This document shows, one piece after another, positions 10,775 through 23,050 of a DNA stretch of 34,726 nucleotides. The position numbers were made by a program, and so were the translations under genes. The stretch spans positions 86,590,092 to 86,624,817 of the forward strand of contig NC_068982.1 of NCBI RefSeq assembly GCF_001194135.2, read 5' to 3'. The notes beneath the pieces are model-generated. The model was not told the origin of the DNA, searched no databases, and saw nothing but the letters and a program-made list of their open reading frames with translations. Positions within the stretch are counted from its first letter, which is position 1; each line of letters begins with the position of its first letter. This stretch comes from Octopus bimaculoides (lineage: Eukaryota).

Positions 10775-12392
10775 AGAACCTTGTATCATCAAACAGCTCA
10801 GTCTTTTGCCATTTCTTCTGTGAGGCTTAGAGTTTTGAAGTCAACCTTCATCACTTCATCCCATGTCTTCCTAGGTCTTTCTCATTCACAGGCTCCAGTC
10901 ACATTTAGTAATCAGCACTTCTTTATACAGCTGCCTGCAGCCTACAAATGTCCATAGCAGCATGGTCTTCTTTCTTGCACATTACATCTGATTCCTCTTA
11001 TGCCCAGTTTTTCTGTCAGCATATTTATACTATGTTATTCACTGCACACTTACATTGCACATCCAATGGAGCATTCTTGCTTCATTTTTTCCAGTCTTAT
11101 GTCCACTTTCACTTTGATGCAGCATTGTAATTTCCGTGCAAGCATTTGTCCTTCACTCTGTGGTAAAAAGACCTTGGTTACCAGCAGTGGTAGTAGCTCC
11201 TTGAGCTTTCTCCAACTTGTTCTTCGTCTGAGTACTATACTTTCAGAGCAACCACCTCTCTTGCTGATGACATCCAGGCAGCAAAAGCTATCAACTATTT
11301 CTAGTGAGTTATCTAGGTATTCAAGGAAGTCTATTTCCAGTATGTTCATAGAATGTACTACTCCAGTGCATCTATCATATTCGGAGATTACATTCTCTGC
11401 TACTCTGCCTGTGATTCCATTACATCTTTTGTGTGTTCATTGCTTACACTGAGTGCAGCGTATCAAGCAAACCGCTTCCCTGAAGATATCATGGTCCTTT
11501 CCTCTTCCCTACTTATTAAAATTTTCATCTTTGCTAATTTTATTTTAAGAACTCTCAATTTTAAATTTAGCTTCCATGCCTGGAATTTTCTCTCTAGTTC
11601 TCCTATAGATAAACTCAGCTATGAGAACTTGATTATCAGCATTTAGGAGTTCCCATAAATATCTAGTCTTAAATTTCTGTGTAATGGCCTGTAGGACTAT
11701 GATGAATAGGAGAAGACAGAAAACTGAGCCTTCATAGGCTCCAATTCTCACACTAAATTCCTCACTGAAGTTGTTACTGACTTTTACTTTATTTACTGTC
11801 TTTACACATGACATGTACAGCCCTCATAAGCTATTCATCAACATCATGTTTCTTTTGAGATCACCAGACTTCTTTATGTGGTACCCTGTCAAATACCTTC
11901 TTGAGCTAGAAATAATGATTTACTCTTAGCTATGTATTCCTTCTGCAGTTGCCTCACCAGGAAGATTTCATCTATGGTAACTTTTCCAGACACAAAACCA
12001 AACTGCATCTCATCTAGGTCTATCTTGTCATGAATCACTTGTGTTATGACTTTCTCAGTGACCTTCATAATCTGATCCAGTAATTTAATTCCTCTATAAC
12101 TGCTTCTCTCTAAGGTATCTCCTTTGCCTTTGCAGCAGTTTACAATGATACTGATACACCAGTCATTAGGTATGATTCCTAGTATAACTTGATGATAATC
12201 ATGTACTCTACCTCACCAGATATTTTGAGCATCTCCATAATTACACCTGATAGATCTGCAGATTTACCCTTACTTCATGTCCTTAATCCCTTTATCTACT
12301 ATGCAGCTGTCAACTTGAATTGCTGGTCCCACTGTAGGTTCAGCACAAAGTAATCCCTCTTTAGCTCATTCATTCCCCCCATTCAATAGCCT
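10775..12392 (-). mobile_element. Old, heavily mutated RTE LINE ORF2 (RT, PHD-like insert, C-terminus)
   Basis: Minus-strand remnants: EEFSVRIGAYEGSVFCLLLFIIVLQAITQKFKTRYLWELLNADN (YADD decayed), IRCTQCKQ*THKRC, WRKLKELLPLLVTK, RKTWDEVMKVDFKTL. Many stops and frameshifts. Confidence 0.85.
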
Positions 12393-12408
12393 CTCATATA
12401 TATATATA

Positions 12409-13647
12409 TCAGGCTGAGTAAAAAGTAAGCAACGTTTTGAAACATGAAATTCATCATAATATATTTCAACAATGCAAAAATTATATTCATCAAAGTAAGT
12501 ACCATTACAATCAACACATTTTTGCCAATCAGTTACAAGTAACATAAAAATCTGGAGTTCTGGAACTCTTTGAATGCACTTTCAGCATTGGTTTGATTTT
12601 TGAACTCCTTCTCTCTCAGGAAACCATCAAGGTGCTTGAAAAAGTGGTAGTCAGTAGGAGAAAGGTCTGGGGGATAAGCTGGATGGGGAAGAACTTTGTA
12701 AGCCAAGTTCACTCAACTTCTGGAGCATCATTAGTGACATGCGTGGTAGAGCATTGTTATGAAGAATGATTCATCCTCTTCTGTTGACCAGTCTGGGATG
12801 GAGGAGTAGCAGTTTTTCATTCATTTTGGCAATTTCATGGCAATATGTTTCTGCAGTAATGGTTTTTCCGGGTTTTAAGAAGTTATTGTGGGTGAGTCCA
12901 GCAGTACATCACCAAACAATCACCATAACCTTTTTTCTGAAGAGCTCAGGTTTAGGAAAGGATTTCGGTGCTTCATTTTGGTCCAAGCACTGAGAAGAAC
13001 GTTTTTTTTATTATTGTACATTTTCCACTTTTCATTGCAAGTTACAATACGGTTGAGAAATGGATTGCTCTCATTACATAGAAGAAGCAACAAGCAAATT
13101 TCATATCTGTGCATTTTCTGATTTTCATTCAAATCATGTGGTACACATTTGTTCTGCTTTTTTGATTTTCCAATCACATACAAATGGTTGCAGGCAGTTT
13201 TCTGGCTAACTTAAAGTTCTTTTGCCAGTTCTCGAGTGGTTTTTATATGGTACTTTCTCAGTGATAGTCTTTGATTGACTGTCATTGATGACAGATGGGC
13301 GTCCACTACACTCACGAACTTCAAGGCTCAGGTCTCCACTGCAAAATTATTTAAACCATTTTCAACAAACTTTTCATTGATATCACAAGCAGTTTCAGCT
13401 GCTTTACATCCTTTTTTGAAGTTGAATAGCAAAAACTGCTCGAATATCACACTTTGACAGTTCCATTTCAGATGATTGTAAAAACGTTGAAAGCAGTATC
13501 AATGTTAATTTATTGATGCATTTGGGCAAGTCCATGTCTATATTATCAGATAATTGCAAAAAATGTTTAAGAAAAATTCAAAACTCGACAAAAATCCATA
13601 TAAATTCTTCATGGTTCAAAATGTTGCTTACTTTTTACTCAACTTGA
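12409..13647 (-). mobile_element. Full-length mariner (DD34D) DNA transposon, inactive
   Basis: 1239 bp. About 40-bp TIRs (tcaggctgagtaaaaagtaagcaacgttttgaaacatgaa / ttcatggttcaaaatgttgcttactttttactcaacttga), with TA at 12407-12408 and 13648-13649. Confidence 0.93.
12484..13466 (-). pseudogene. Mariner transposase pseudogene
   Basis: ATG at 13466 (MELSKCDIRAV...). KCVPHDL (WVPHEL motif), IVTCNEKW and LHNNALP show two catalytic Asp codons changed to Asn; HPAYPPDLSPTDYHFF (YSPDL motif); frameshifts and stops throughout. Confidence 0.9.
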
Positions 13648-13787
13648 TATCTATACTATAATGGAGAAAGCTGCTTATCAATTAAGTATGTAACAATTAA
13701 AGTACCAGAAGAAAGCAATATTAAAAGCTTTACCATCTGGAAATATTTTTATAAATTCATCTTCTAAGAAATTGTCTATAATTTTGA

Positions 13788-14828
13788 ATGGATGAGGATA
13801 GCTGTGTGAAAAAGTGCCACACCCTAGTGGTTGAGGGAACCTGTGGAAGAGGTAGACCCAGGAAGACCTGCGATGAGGTGGTGAAGCACAACATTCGAAC
13901 ATTAGGCTTCGCTGAGGCATTGACTTGTGACCGAGACTTTTGGAAATATGCTGTGCGTGAGAAGACCTGGCAAGCCAAGTGAGACCATAATCCGAAGCCA
14001 CTGCCAGGGGTGTAGCCAGCCCACTTATGTGTACCTTTCCTTCATTGGACACTAAACTCCACTTGCAAAGACCTGTTGAAGCAAGTGAAATCGAAATTGA
14101 ACCAAATTCGATGACTGGTACCCATGCCAACTTCTCCTTCATTGGACACTAAANNNNNNNNNNNNNNNNNNNNNNNNNNNNNNNNNNNNNNNNNNNNNNN
14201 NNNNNNNNNNNNNNNNNNNNNNNNNNNNNNNNNNNNNNNNNNNNNNNNNNNNNNNNNNNNNNNNNNNNNNNNNNNNNNNNNNNNNNNNNNNNNNNNNNNN
14301 NNNNNNNNNNNNNNNNNNNNNNNNNNNNNNNNNNNNNNNNNNNNNNNNNNNNNNNNNNNNNNNNNNNNNNNNNNNNNNNNNNNNNNNNNNNNNNNNNNNN
14401 NNNNNNNNNNNNNNNNNNNNNNNNNNNNNNNNNNNNNNNNNNNNNNNNNNNNNNNNNNNNNNNNNNNNNNNNNNNNNNNNNNNNNNNNNNNNNNNNNNNN
14501 NNNNNNNNNNNNNNNNNNNNNNNNNNNNNNNNNNNNNNNNNNNNNNNNNNNNNNNNNNNNNNNNNNNNNNNNNNNNNNNNNNNNNNNNNNNNNNNNNNNN
14601 NNNNNNNNNNNNNNNNNNNNNNNNNNNNNNNNNNNNNNNNNNNNNNNNNNNNNNNNCACCCACTATACTCTCGGAGTAGTTGGCGTTAGGAAGGGCATCC
14701 AGCTGTAGAAACACTGCCAAATCAGATTGGAGCCTGGTGTAGCCATCTGGTTTCACCAGTCCTCAGTCAAATCGTCCAACCCATGCTAGCATGGAAGGTG
14801 GATGTTAAATGATGATGATGATGATGAT
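13788..14828 (+). mobile_element. 5'-truncated RTE LINE (ORF2 C-terminus plus 3' UTR, (GAT)n tail), spanning an N gap
   Basis: MDEDSCVKKCHTLVVEGTCGRGRPRKTCDEVVKHNIRTLGFAEALTCDRDFWKYAVREKTWQAK then stop. The 3' UTR matches the copy at 26522-27105. Ends in ccaacccatgctagcatggaaggtggatgttaaatgatgatgatgatgatgat. Confidence 0.9.
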
Positions 14829-15063
14829 TTGATTTCTGAAGTTTATTGAATTTTTTAACTTCAAATTCTTGCAAATTTAAATATTCATTGCATTCACTGC
14901 ATTCAATTCTTCATAGATTTAAATATTCATCGCATTCACTGTGGAGTAGATTTTAATGTTTAATAATAAACACTATTAATTCGTTGCAGGCAACATTTTA
15001 CGTTTTTATTTGCAACAGTCTCTCATTCTCACTCGCCTCTATTTTCATTAATGATAATTTGAT

Positions 15064-15336
15064 AATAGCTACATAACTTTGATACAAGACACAATTTCAA
15101 GAATATTATCAGTTTCCGGAGTTTGTTAAATGAATACTTTTGATAAAATGAAAATTCTTTAATATACTGGTGTAATTTTAAAGTGATTTTGTGTTGAATG
15201 AATTCCTGCTATTACATAAAATAGCTATATAACTTTGATACAAGGCACAATTTCCAGAATATTATCAGTTTCCAGAATTTGTTAAATGAATATTTATGAT
15301 AAAATGAAAATTCTTTAATATACTGGTATAATTTTT
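15064..15336 (+). repeat. Tandem duplication, period about 156 bp, in the Helitron 5' non-coding region
   Basis: aatagctacataactttgatacaagacacaatttcaagaatattatcagtttcc...ttctttaatatactgg starts at 15064 and recurs from 15220 with few substitutions. Confidence 0.85.
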
Positions 15337-15439
15337 TGTTTTTTAAATGAAGTGATTTTGTTGATATGGCTACTTGGAATGCTATAAGCCTTACAATAAT
15401 AACTATAAGATTGTTTTTAACGAGCTTTCATTTATATAT

Positions 15440-16500
15440 AAGGCACAATGGCAGAAAGAAAAACAGGCAACTGAATCAGATGAAACCAGGGCAAAGCGAC
15501 TGAAACACATTCCTGAATATGCACAGAGATGTAGATATGATTCTGTTTCCGCTACACATGACCGTCTGGTTAGGGTATCTTGAGAGGAGAATATTCTATT
15601 TCAAAATAATGGTGTCAGGTCACAAGTTGTTGATGCAACTCTAAAGAGATCTTTTCTTTGCAATCATGTAGAAGTAGTGGAGTTGACAACCAATCTAAGA
15701 TTTCTTACATAGGGTCATTCTGATGAAAGAAAGTTCGCTAGTTAACTTCTTGATGTAGGAAATGGTAACTTTTCTGTTGAACAAAACCTAGGTGAATTCA
15801 AAATCAAACTACCCAATGACCCTTGCCTTGAAAGTGGTATTCTTTCAGATCTATGTGGTTCTGTATATGCTGACCTCAAAAATAAATTCTCAGACCCTGC
15901 AGAACCGTTGTTACAAATGAAGTAGCACAATTTGTGAATGATTTTCTGTTGACCAGGATCCCTGGTGAGCTAAAAATATACAGAAGCTCAAATACAGTTG
16001 ATAATGAAACTCTGTACCCAATCGAGTTCATCAACAAACTTACACCATCAGGGTTTCCACCACACATTCTCAAACTGAAGAAAAACCAATGCATAATGCT
16101 TCTGAGAAATTTAGATGCTACTAACGGACATTACAATGGCACACACTACATTATTGCCAGTTTACATGATCATGTTATTGGGGCTGAGGTTGCTTCAGGT
16201 CCTTATGCAGGATCAACTCTAATCCCAACACAGTATGTATCTCAAGAAATGGAATTTCCATTTATTTTTATGCGCAAACAATTTCCTGTCAAGCTAGCTT
16301 TTGCCTTGATGTGTAACAAGGCACAGGGACAGACTTTTGAACAAATTGGTATATATCTTCTGACACAATTCTTCTCACATGGTCGGCTGTATGTTGCATT
16401 TTCTAAAGTTCGAAAGAAGGTTAATGTAAAAATATTGGCTGAGAGAAATGGAAACAGTATGATTACTGACAATTGTGTCGACAAGGAGATGCTACTTTAA
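15440..16500 (+). pseudogene. Helitron RepHel remnant: N-terminal charged repeat joined to the PIF1-family helicase C-terminal half
   Basis: 15440-15580 ATESDETRAKRL...; 15620-15770 RSQVVDATLKRSFLCNHVEVVELTTNLRF; ORF 15934-16500 YPIEFINKLTPSGFPPHILKLKKNQCIMLLRNL...NG...RKQFPVKLAFALMCNKAQGQTF...FSHGRLYVAFSKV (PIF1 motifs IV-VI). No HUH Rep domain or helicase motifs I-II are visible. Confidence 0.9.
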
Positions 16501-17077
16501 AGCAAAATATGCTTTCTAGCAAGTTTCAGCAAATAGAATTAACATGTAAATTATATGTAAAGTAACATTTATTTGTGTGGAATTAAATTGTTTTGGCATA
16601 ATTCAACACATGCCGAATGAATGATATTGTTATATTAAATTTGAGTATATTTGAAAATGTAAGGAAACGTCATTCTCATGTGTTCTCACAGCACCAGACT
16701 TTTGTGTGTGTGAGCGTGTGTATCCCTCCCTTCCTCCTCCCCCTCCTTATCTATCTATCTATCCACCCANNNNNNNNNNNNNNNNNNNNNNNNNNNNNNN
16801 NNNNNNNNNNNNNNNNNNNNNNNNNNNNNNNNNNNNNNNNNNNNNNNNNNNNNNNNNNNNNNNNNNNNNNNNNNNNNNNNNNNNNNNNNNNNNNNNNNNN
16901 NNNNNNNNNNNNNNNNNNNNNNNNNNNNNNNNNNNNNNNNNNNNNNNNNNNNNNNNNNNNNNNNNNNNNNNNNNNNNNNNNNNNNNNNNNNNNNACAAAG
17001 AACTGTTTGTTTTTAAACACTTTTTGTCAAAGAGGGTGTTTAACATCTGCTTTGATCTAAGCAAATCTTTTAATAGG

Positions 17078-17102
17078 AAATTCACCCCTTCAGGGTGAAT
17101 TT
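17078..17102. repeat. Perfect 10-bp stem hairpin (aaattcaccc-cttca-gggtgaattt)
   Basis: Read directly from the sequence. Similar palindromes are common inside Helitron-type non-autonomous elements. Confidence 0.75.
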
Positions 17103-17324
17103 TCAAAACTTAAAATTTTCTTGGGCATTTTTTTTTGTCATTTTCACTTAGAAAATGACTAAATCTAATGAAGAAGCCGGTGTTCCTCTTATTAACTTCC
17201 TCTGCCACTGAAGCTGAAAGTAGGGGAAGCTGAAAAGAACGTCATTTCACTTGCTCACACACCCACACACAATTGAATGATCCACACACACACACAAGAA
17301 TGCCAGTCTGGCCATAGAATATAT

Positions 17325-18290
17325 GAACAAGGTGAAGACAACATTTATTTGTACAAACATTACCTCCACCACCACCAACAGCAACAACACAAACAGTCAA
17401 AGTAACTTTGCTTCAGTTTTGAGGCAAAGAAAATGAATTGTTTCTTTCACACATCAACAGTTAATGGAAACAAGGCACCTTTTATCTAAGGAGGGGAACA
17501 CAATAAACCTAAACACACTGCATCACATTTTAGGAAACATTAACAAGAAAACTTGAAAACATGAATCAGCAAATAACTGAAAAATGTTTAAGGCTCATAT
17601 GAGCACATAAAAAATACATTATAAGGGGCAAAAGATTTGCCACAGTCAAAGTCAGGTTTGACTCAGAAGAGCAAACCAAAGTTTTTTCTACTGAATCACT
17701 TCAGTCTGAAGAAAAACATCTTGGAGATTGCCATCCTAGATCAAAGGAACTGGATAGGCCAGTCTTTCAAGATCTTGGTCCAAGTAGATCAAGAAACAAT
17801 TGAAAATATTGTAGATTTAATAAAACTGCCAGATGGTACCAATCTACATTTCGTTGTTGAAGGCAGAAAACTATGCAGTTACCTCTATAGCAGCAAAAAT
17901 CACCTAAAAGTTGGTTGCCCAGTATACAAGGAGCAACAGCAACAAAAACAAGAAGGAGAAGAAAAACAAAAACAACCACAACAATAAGAAAACTAAAAAG
18001 CAAAGAAAAAATCAGCACTGAAACCCACACCACCATATGCACAGCTGATAAAAGAACTTAACCAAGAAATGAAAGAGCATCAGCAACCAACAAGCCAGCC
18101 CAACCAAACAATACCACCATCAGTGCCACTAAGAACAGAAACAACACCATCACCATCACTACCAACAACAACAACTCTAGAAACACCAAACGAAAAAGAG
18201 AAAAACAAAAGGACTCATACCCCACCCACAAAAACCCATACACCACATTCCAACTGTCACCAACCAACACCAACAACAAAATCAACATAA
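17325..18290 (+). pseudogene. Tx1-like ORF1 (gag-like) remnant
   Basis: N-terminal SNFASVLR motif, an RRM-like segment KRFATVKVRFDSEEQ, a decayed zinc knuckle VVEGRKLCSYLYSSKNHLKVGCP, and a Q/T/P-rich C-terminus running into the N gap. Confidence 0.65.
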
Positions 18291-18904
18291 ACACACTCAN
18301 NNNNNNNNNNNNNNNNNNNNNNNNNNNNNNNNNNNNNNNNNNNNNNNNNNNNNNNNNNNNNNNNNNNNNNNNNNNNNNNNNNNNNNNNNNNNNNNNNNNN
18401 NNNNNNNNNNNNNNNNNNNNNNNNNNNNNNNNNNNNNNNNNNNNNNNNNNNNNNNNNNNNNNNNNNNNNNNNNNNNNNNNNNNNNNNNNNNNNNNNNNNN
18501 NNNNNNNNNNNNNNNNNNNNNNNNNNNNNNNNNNNNNNNNNNNNNNNNNNNNNNNNNNNNNNNNNNNNNNNNNNNNNNNNNNNNNNNNNNNNNNNNNNNN
18601 NNNNNNNNNNNNNNNNNNNNNNNNNNNNNNNNNNNNNNNNNNNNNNNNNNNNNNNNNNNNNNNNNNNNNNNNNNNNNNNNNNNNNNNNNNNNNNNNNNNN
18701 NNNNNNNACACAAAACACACAACACACTGAAATCTCTCTACCCAGATGCAGCAGGGAGATTTCAAAAATACCTATCCCAAAAAATTATATAAAAACCTTT
18801 TGAGAGAAGATTGTGAGGTGAAGGACAAGCAACTTTTGAATAGTGACTCTCTCTCATTCTTTTCAACTTCCTTTCACGTGTAAAGCACAACTTTCAATAG
18901 GAAC

Positions 18905-21900
18905 ATGCTTAGAATTGGTTGTATAAATGTGCGTGGCTTGGGATCACCTTGGAAACAAAGCTACCTGTTAAATGACATCAAGTCACAGAATGTGCATATC
19001 ATAGCCATCAGTGAGACCAAACTCCACAACCCATGGGACCTCCAGCACATGTTCGGCGGACAATTCGACATTTATTTTTCTCCGTGTCTGCCAAGAATGG
19101 GCGGAGGTGGTACTGCGGTGCTTTTTTGGAAGAGTCTGAACCTCAAAGTAAGAGCAATATTCCTAGACCTGGAGAGTAAGCTGGTCGTCTTGGATGTTGA
19201 TGGCAGTAATGGGTATGCTTTTCAACTGATAACAGTTTATGCACCATCCTTTTAGCCAGATTTCTTTCGACGTCTAGAGGTTTTCCTGAGAACGTCTCGA
19301 CCTTTACTTTTAACGGGAGATTGGAACGCTACCTTGGAAACGCATCTAGACTATGTGGGTGGAGATAGGAATAGGAGGGGATATAAATGCCTCAAAGACC
19401 TGCTCAGACATTTTTGGCTGTCTGACAGGTACCGACTGGACCACCCGAATGTGCCAATGTGAACATGGAGCAACCGCATCAGGTCGTCCAGATTGTATTT
19501 AGATAGAGTATTCTGTAGGACAGTGGATAGCGATAGTGTAGGTTGCCCACAATTTCATGTCATCTACACAGATTACAAATTTATGACTTGTACACTTGAC
19601 TTAGATGAGAGTCATAGGCAGGGTCCCGGTTACTGGAAGCTGAACACATTGTTCACAGTGTGCCAGGCTTACAGGGACCGGATTAGCACATTAGTTAAGA
19701 GGGCATTGACAGGTGCCATTGTCAACAATAAATGGTGGTATGCCCTAAAGAAAGCAATTAAAGCAGAATTGGTTAAGTATAGTAAGGCTCTAGCGATAGA
19801 TGGAAATAGAATAGAGGGAGACCTAGTTAAGAAATTAGAAGAGGCACATAGAAGTGGCATTACGTCCAACATGCTGGCAGCAAGGTTGACCCTCGACCAA
19901 CACTTTAATACCAAATATGAAGGATGCTCTAAGGAATGAAGGAGTTGGAGCTGCCCAAGAGGCCTGAGTGGCGGAGTCTCAATGAGGCAACAAAACCGCC
20001 ATTAGGTCTGACAAATGAACATGGGTGCGAATTACTTGAGCCTGAAAGGATGTGTAAGGCCTTTCAACAGCACTTTACCCGACTGTTCGGGACAACTGGT
20101 CGGTTAGAACACAGGGTGAACTTTAGTGCCTACCTGCATGGCCTGCTATGACTCTCGGCAAGAGAGGTGGAGTGTTGTGAAAGACCCATCACAGCCGCAG
20201 ACGTATGGGATGCGATAGCAGGCTGTGCGGGAGACAAGTTGCCAGGCTTGGATGGTATGCCAGACTTGTTTGGAGGTGTCTTGGCAGCAAAACAGGAGTA
20301 TCTCCTGTTTTGCGAAGCGAGGAGCGGTGGCACTGCTAAAGAAAGATCCAAGCAAGGGGAACGTCATAGATAACGTCAGGTCCATCACTCTGTTCAACAC
20401 CGATTTGAAGATTTTGGCCAAGGTGCTAGCTGAGAGGTTGGCGCTTGTCATTAAGAAACTAGTTGACAAGGCACAAACATGCGCTGTACCGGGCAGAAGT
20501 ATCCATGACAACCTCCATCTGATGCACTACATCATAGACAGGGTAGTTAAGGAACCTTATACAGCAGCATCTGCTCGGTAGTTCGCGTAAATGATCATCT
20601 GTCCAGCTCTTTTAACATCATGCATTCAGTCCATCAAGGATACCCCCTCTTGCTGCTTCTATACATATTGGCTCTAGAGCCACTACTGTGGAAGCTGGCG
20701 AACCTGAAGGGCATCCCACAAGAACTGGGATGTGAGAGGAGCGTGTGTGCATATGAGGATGACATCACCCTCATAGTGTTGAGCCACAGGCATATTGAAA
20801 TGGTTGGCGAGACTCTAAAAGAATATGAAGCAGGAACAGGAGCGAAAATTAACCTGGAAAAGTCAGTGGGCTAGTGGCTCGGCACCTGGAGAAGGAAGCC
20901 CATGTCATCCAACAGTGTCTCCACCATGGGATGCTGGACTGACGGACTGGTTAAATTGTTTGGGACTGGTTAAATTGCTGAATCAGATTGGACCTCCAAA
21001 TGGAGAAGAACTGGGATGAGATAATGAGTAGGGTGGCCACTGTCACCCAGCAATGGCCCGAGAAGAAGCTATCCCTAAAAAGTTGGGTGGAGGTGGCAAA
21101 CGCATACATTGCATCCATCATCTATTACTGTCTGACCGTCGTGCCTTGTCCCGACCCTACCATCACCAAACTGGAATGCATAGTCTTCCGCTTTTTGTGG
21201 AAGGGATGCATTCTGATGGTTAGGGGATCCATTTGCTGTCAACACCTGCTAAATGGAGGGCTGGGCATGCCGTGGTTGATGATGCACAGACATGCACTGA
21301 GACCATGATATCTCCAGCACTTCATAGACAATGGTGAACAGGTGTGGTCGCTATTTGTGAGGTGTGCTTTCCTGCAGCTCGTCTCCTTGGCTGAACTGCA
21401 ATCATGGATCAAGCAGAAACTGAGGCTTGGCAAATGGCGCCTTGCTCTCAAGCAACTCTGTCGTCCAGGACCAAACTTGTGTGACTTCAATTCCATGAAG
21501 GCATCCTATGGAGGATTAGTGGAGGTGGGGTGCGACAACGTTCTCTGGGAGAATCTGGGTGTTGTTGACACCTGACCCGCCTATTCAGGACAAACTTTTG
21601 GGCCGGGACCTATGGACAATCACCAGAGATCCCTAGCCTGGCAGTGCTATTGGGAAGCATTGCCTGTTCGGGATAAGCTCTACAGGCACGGTTCAAGACA
21701 AACTGGACCGATTTGCCCGAGATGCAGTCAGAGCGACAAAACCTCTCTGCATGCACTCATGCAGTGTCCAACCATTTCAGACCTGTGGGCTTATGTTGAA
21801 CAGCTGCTGTCACACGCGAGACGATTTTGGTTATCAGCCAAGTCTATCGTGAAAATTGCACCGCCACCTTCCTTTAACAGGGAAGGCAAGGCAGTTTTCC

Positions 21901-22113
21901 TTGTACTGGTGACTATGGTGAAAGAATGCGTGTGGTGGTTTAGAGACAAACACTTTCCTCTCTGGCCAATCAACTTTTTGAAGTATTACTTGAAAAGGAA
22001 GGTGAGAATAGAGAGGTAAGTTTTGTCTCATGAAAGATTCAATGAAAGGTAGGTGAATGTAGCAAAGGTGGCACGCGTGAATGATGAAACCACTTTGAGG
22101 ATGATCCTGTAAA
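18905..22113 (+). pseudogene. Tx1-like ORF2 remnant: APE endonuclease, reverse transcriptase and CCHC zinc finger
   Basis: CINVRGL, ISETKL, ITVYAP, LTGDWNA and SRLYLDRVF (APE). RSITLFNTDLKILAKVLAERL, QTCAVPGRSIHDNL, VHQGYPL and YEDD at 20752-20763 (RT, YADD mutated, part of domains 2a-3 deleted near 20560-20600). CPRCSQSDKTSLHALMQC (zf-RVT). Multiple stops. Confidence 0.92.
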
Positions 22114-22642
22114 TCCAAGAGAGAGAGAGAGAGAGAGAGAGTGCTTTGCTCTCATGTTTTTTCTTTCCCTGCCCGAGGTTACTGTGGTTTTTTTCACAGG
22201 ATTTTCTTTCCACGGATAAACGTCATCTGTTTTACATTTTTACTCCACATTATTATTTTGCTGTTTACACGTCACAAATTCTTTTGATCAGAATTTTTTC
22301 TCTTTTATTCTTTTCCTCTTTCTTTCTTTCTTTCGAAAAGAAAAACTCTACATTGTATTGTCCCCTCTGTGTTCGACCCTGTGTGGCTAATTAAAGAAAT
22401 CTATCTATCTATCTATATATCTGTCTGTCTAAGTTCTACCAACAATTAATAAATATATATAACAGATTGACTCTTTAAGAAAGAGATATTATGACTTATA
22501 AAATAATGAAAGCAATATTTACTAAGCAAAGAAATAATTAGATGTAAAATATCATAAACATTATTAGAATTGAGAATCAAATGTGGAAATAATATTATTG
22601 AGTGGCTAGCAGAAAACCGCCCGGAGGGCAGTCTTTCTGCTA

Positions 22643-22643
<1 letters not shown>

Positions 22644-22728
<85 letters not shown>

Positions 22729-22745
22729 GTGTGTGTATATGTATC
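22644..22745. repeat. (TA)n microsatellite
   Basis: About 80 nt of pure TA, flanked by TG/TA variants. Confidence 0.95.
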
Positions 22746-23050
22746 ATACATACATATATAATGTAGTTGTTGGTTATGGGTGGTCAGAAAGTTACCATTG
22801 GTTTCATGTCTAATATTGCTTTTAGCAATATAGGTGACCCATCAGCCCTGCTGAACAGGGGCATATAACCTCATTACTAATGGAGATAAGGGTACAATCC
22901 TACTCAACAAAGTTGTGGAAAAAAACCCTGAAATGAAATTCATCGAAATGAAAACCTCTTCTGGGTGAGATGGAATTATCTCCCTTTGACCCATTTTAGT
23001 TGTGTCCAAAAGTGTCAGCATCTATACATACATACATACATATATATATA

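Larger units (their letters stand above)
17190..22430 (+). mobile_element. Near full-length L1/Tx1-clade LINE, decayed
   Basis: An ORF1 remnant, then an ORF2 remnant starting at 18905, then a 3' UTR with (GA)n and a T-rich tract ending aattaaagaaa(TCTA)n(TCTG)n. The 5' boundary is approximate. Confidence 0.88.
13650..22643 (+). mobile_element. Internally deleted Helitron (reconstructed), hosting a nested RTE 3' fragment and a Tx1-like LINE
   Basis: 5' TCTATACTATAA follows A13649. Helitron coding remnants lie at 15440-16500. The 3' hairpin ctagcagaaa-accgccc-gga-gggcagt-c-tttctgctag (22606-22643) ends in CTAG followed by T. Linking the two termini across the nested elements and gaps is inference. 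Confidence 0.6.

Noticed and set aside
8534-18765. Long ORFs containing X runs (8534-9100, 14042-14756, 16617-17106, 18058-18765)
   Set aside because: They are artefacts of translating through N gaps.
22446-22761. ORFs with YIYIYI repeats
   Set aside because: They are translations of the (TA)n microsatellite.
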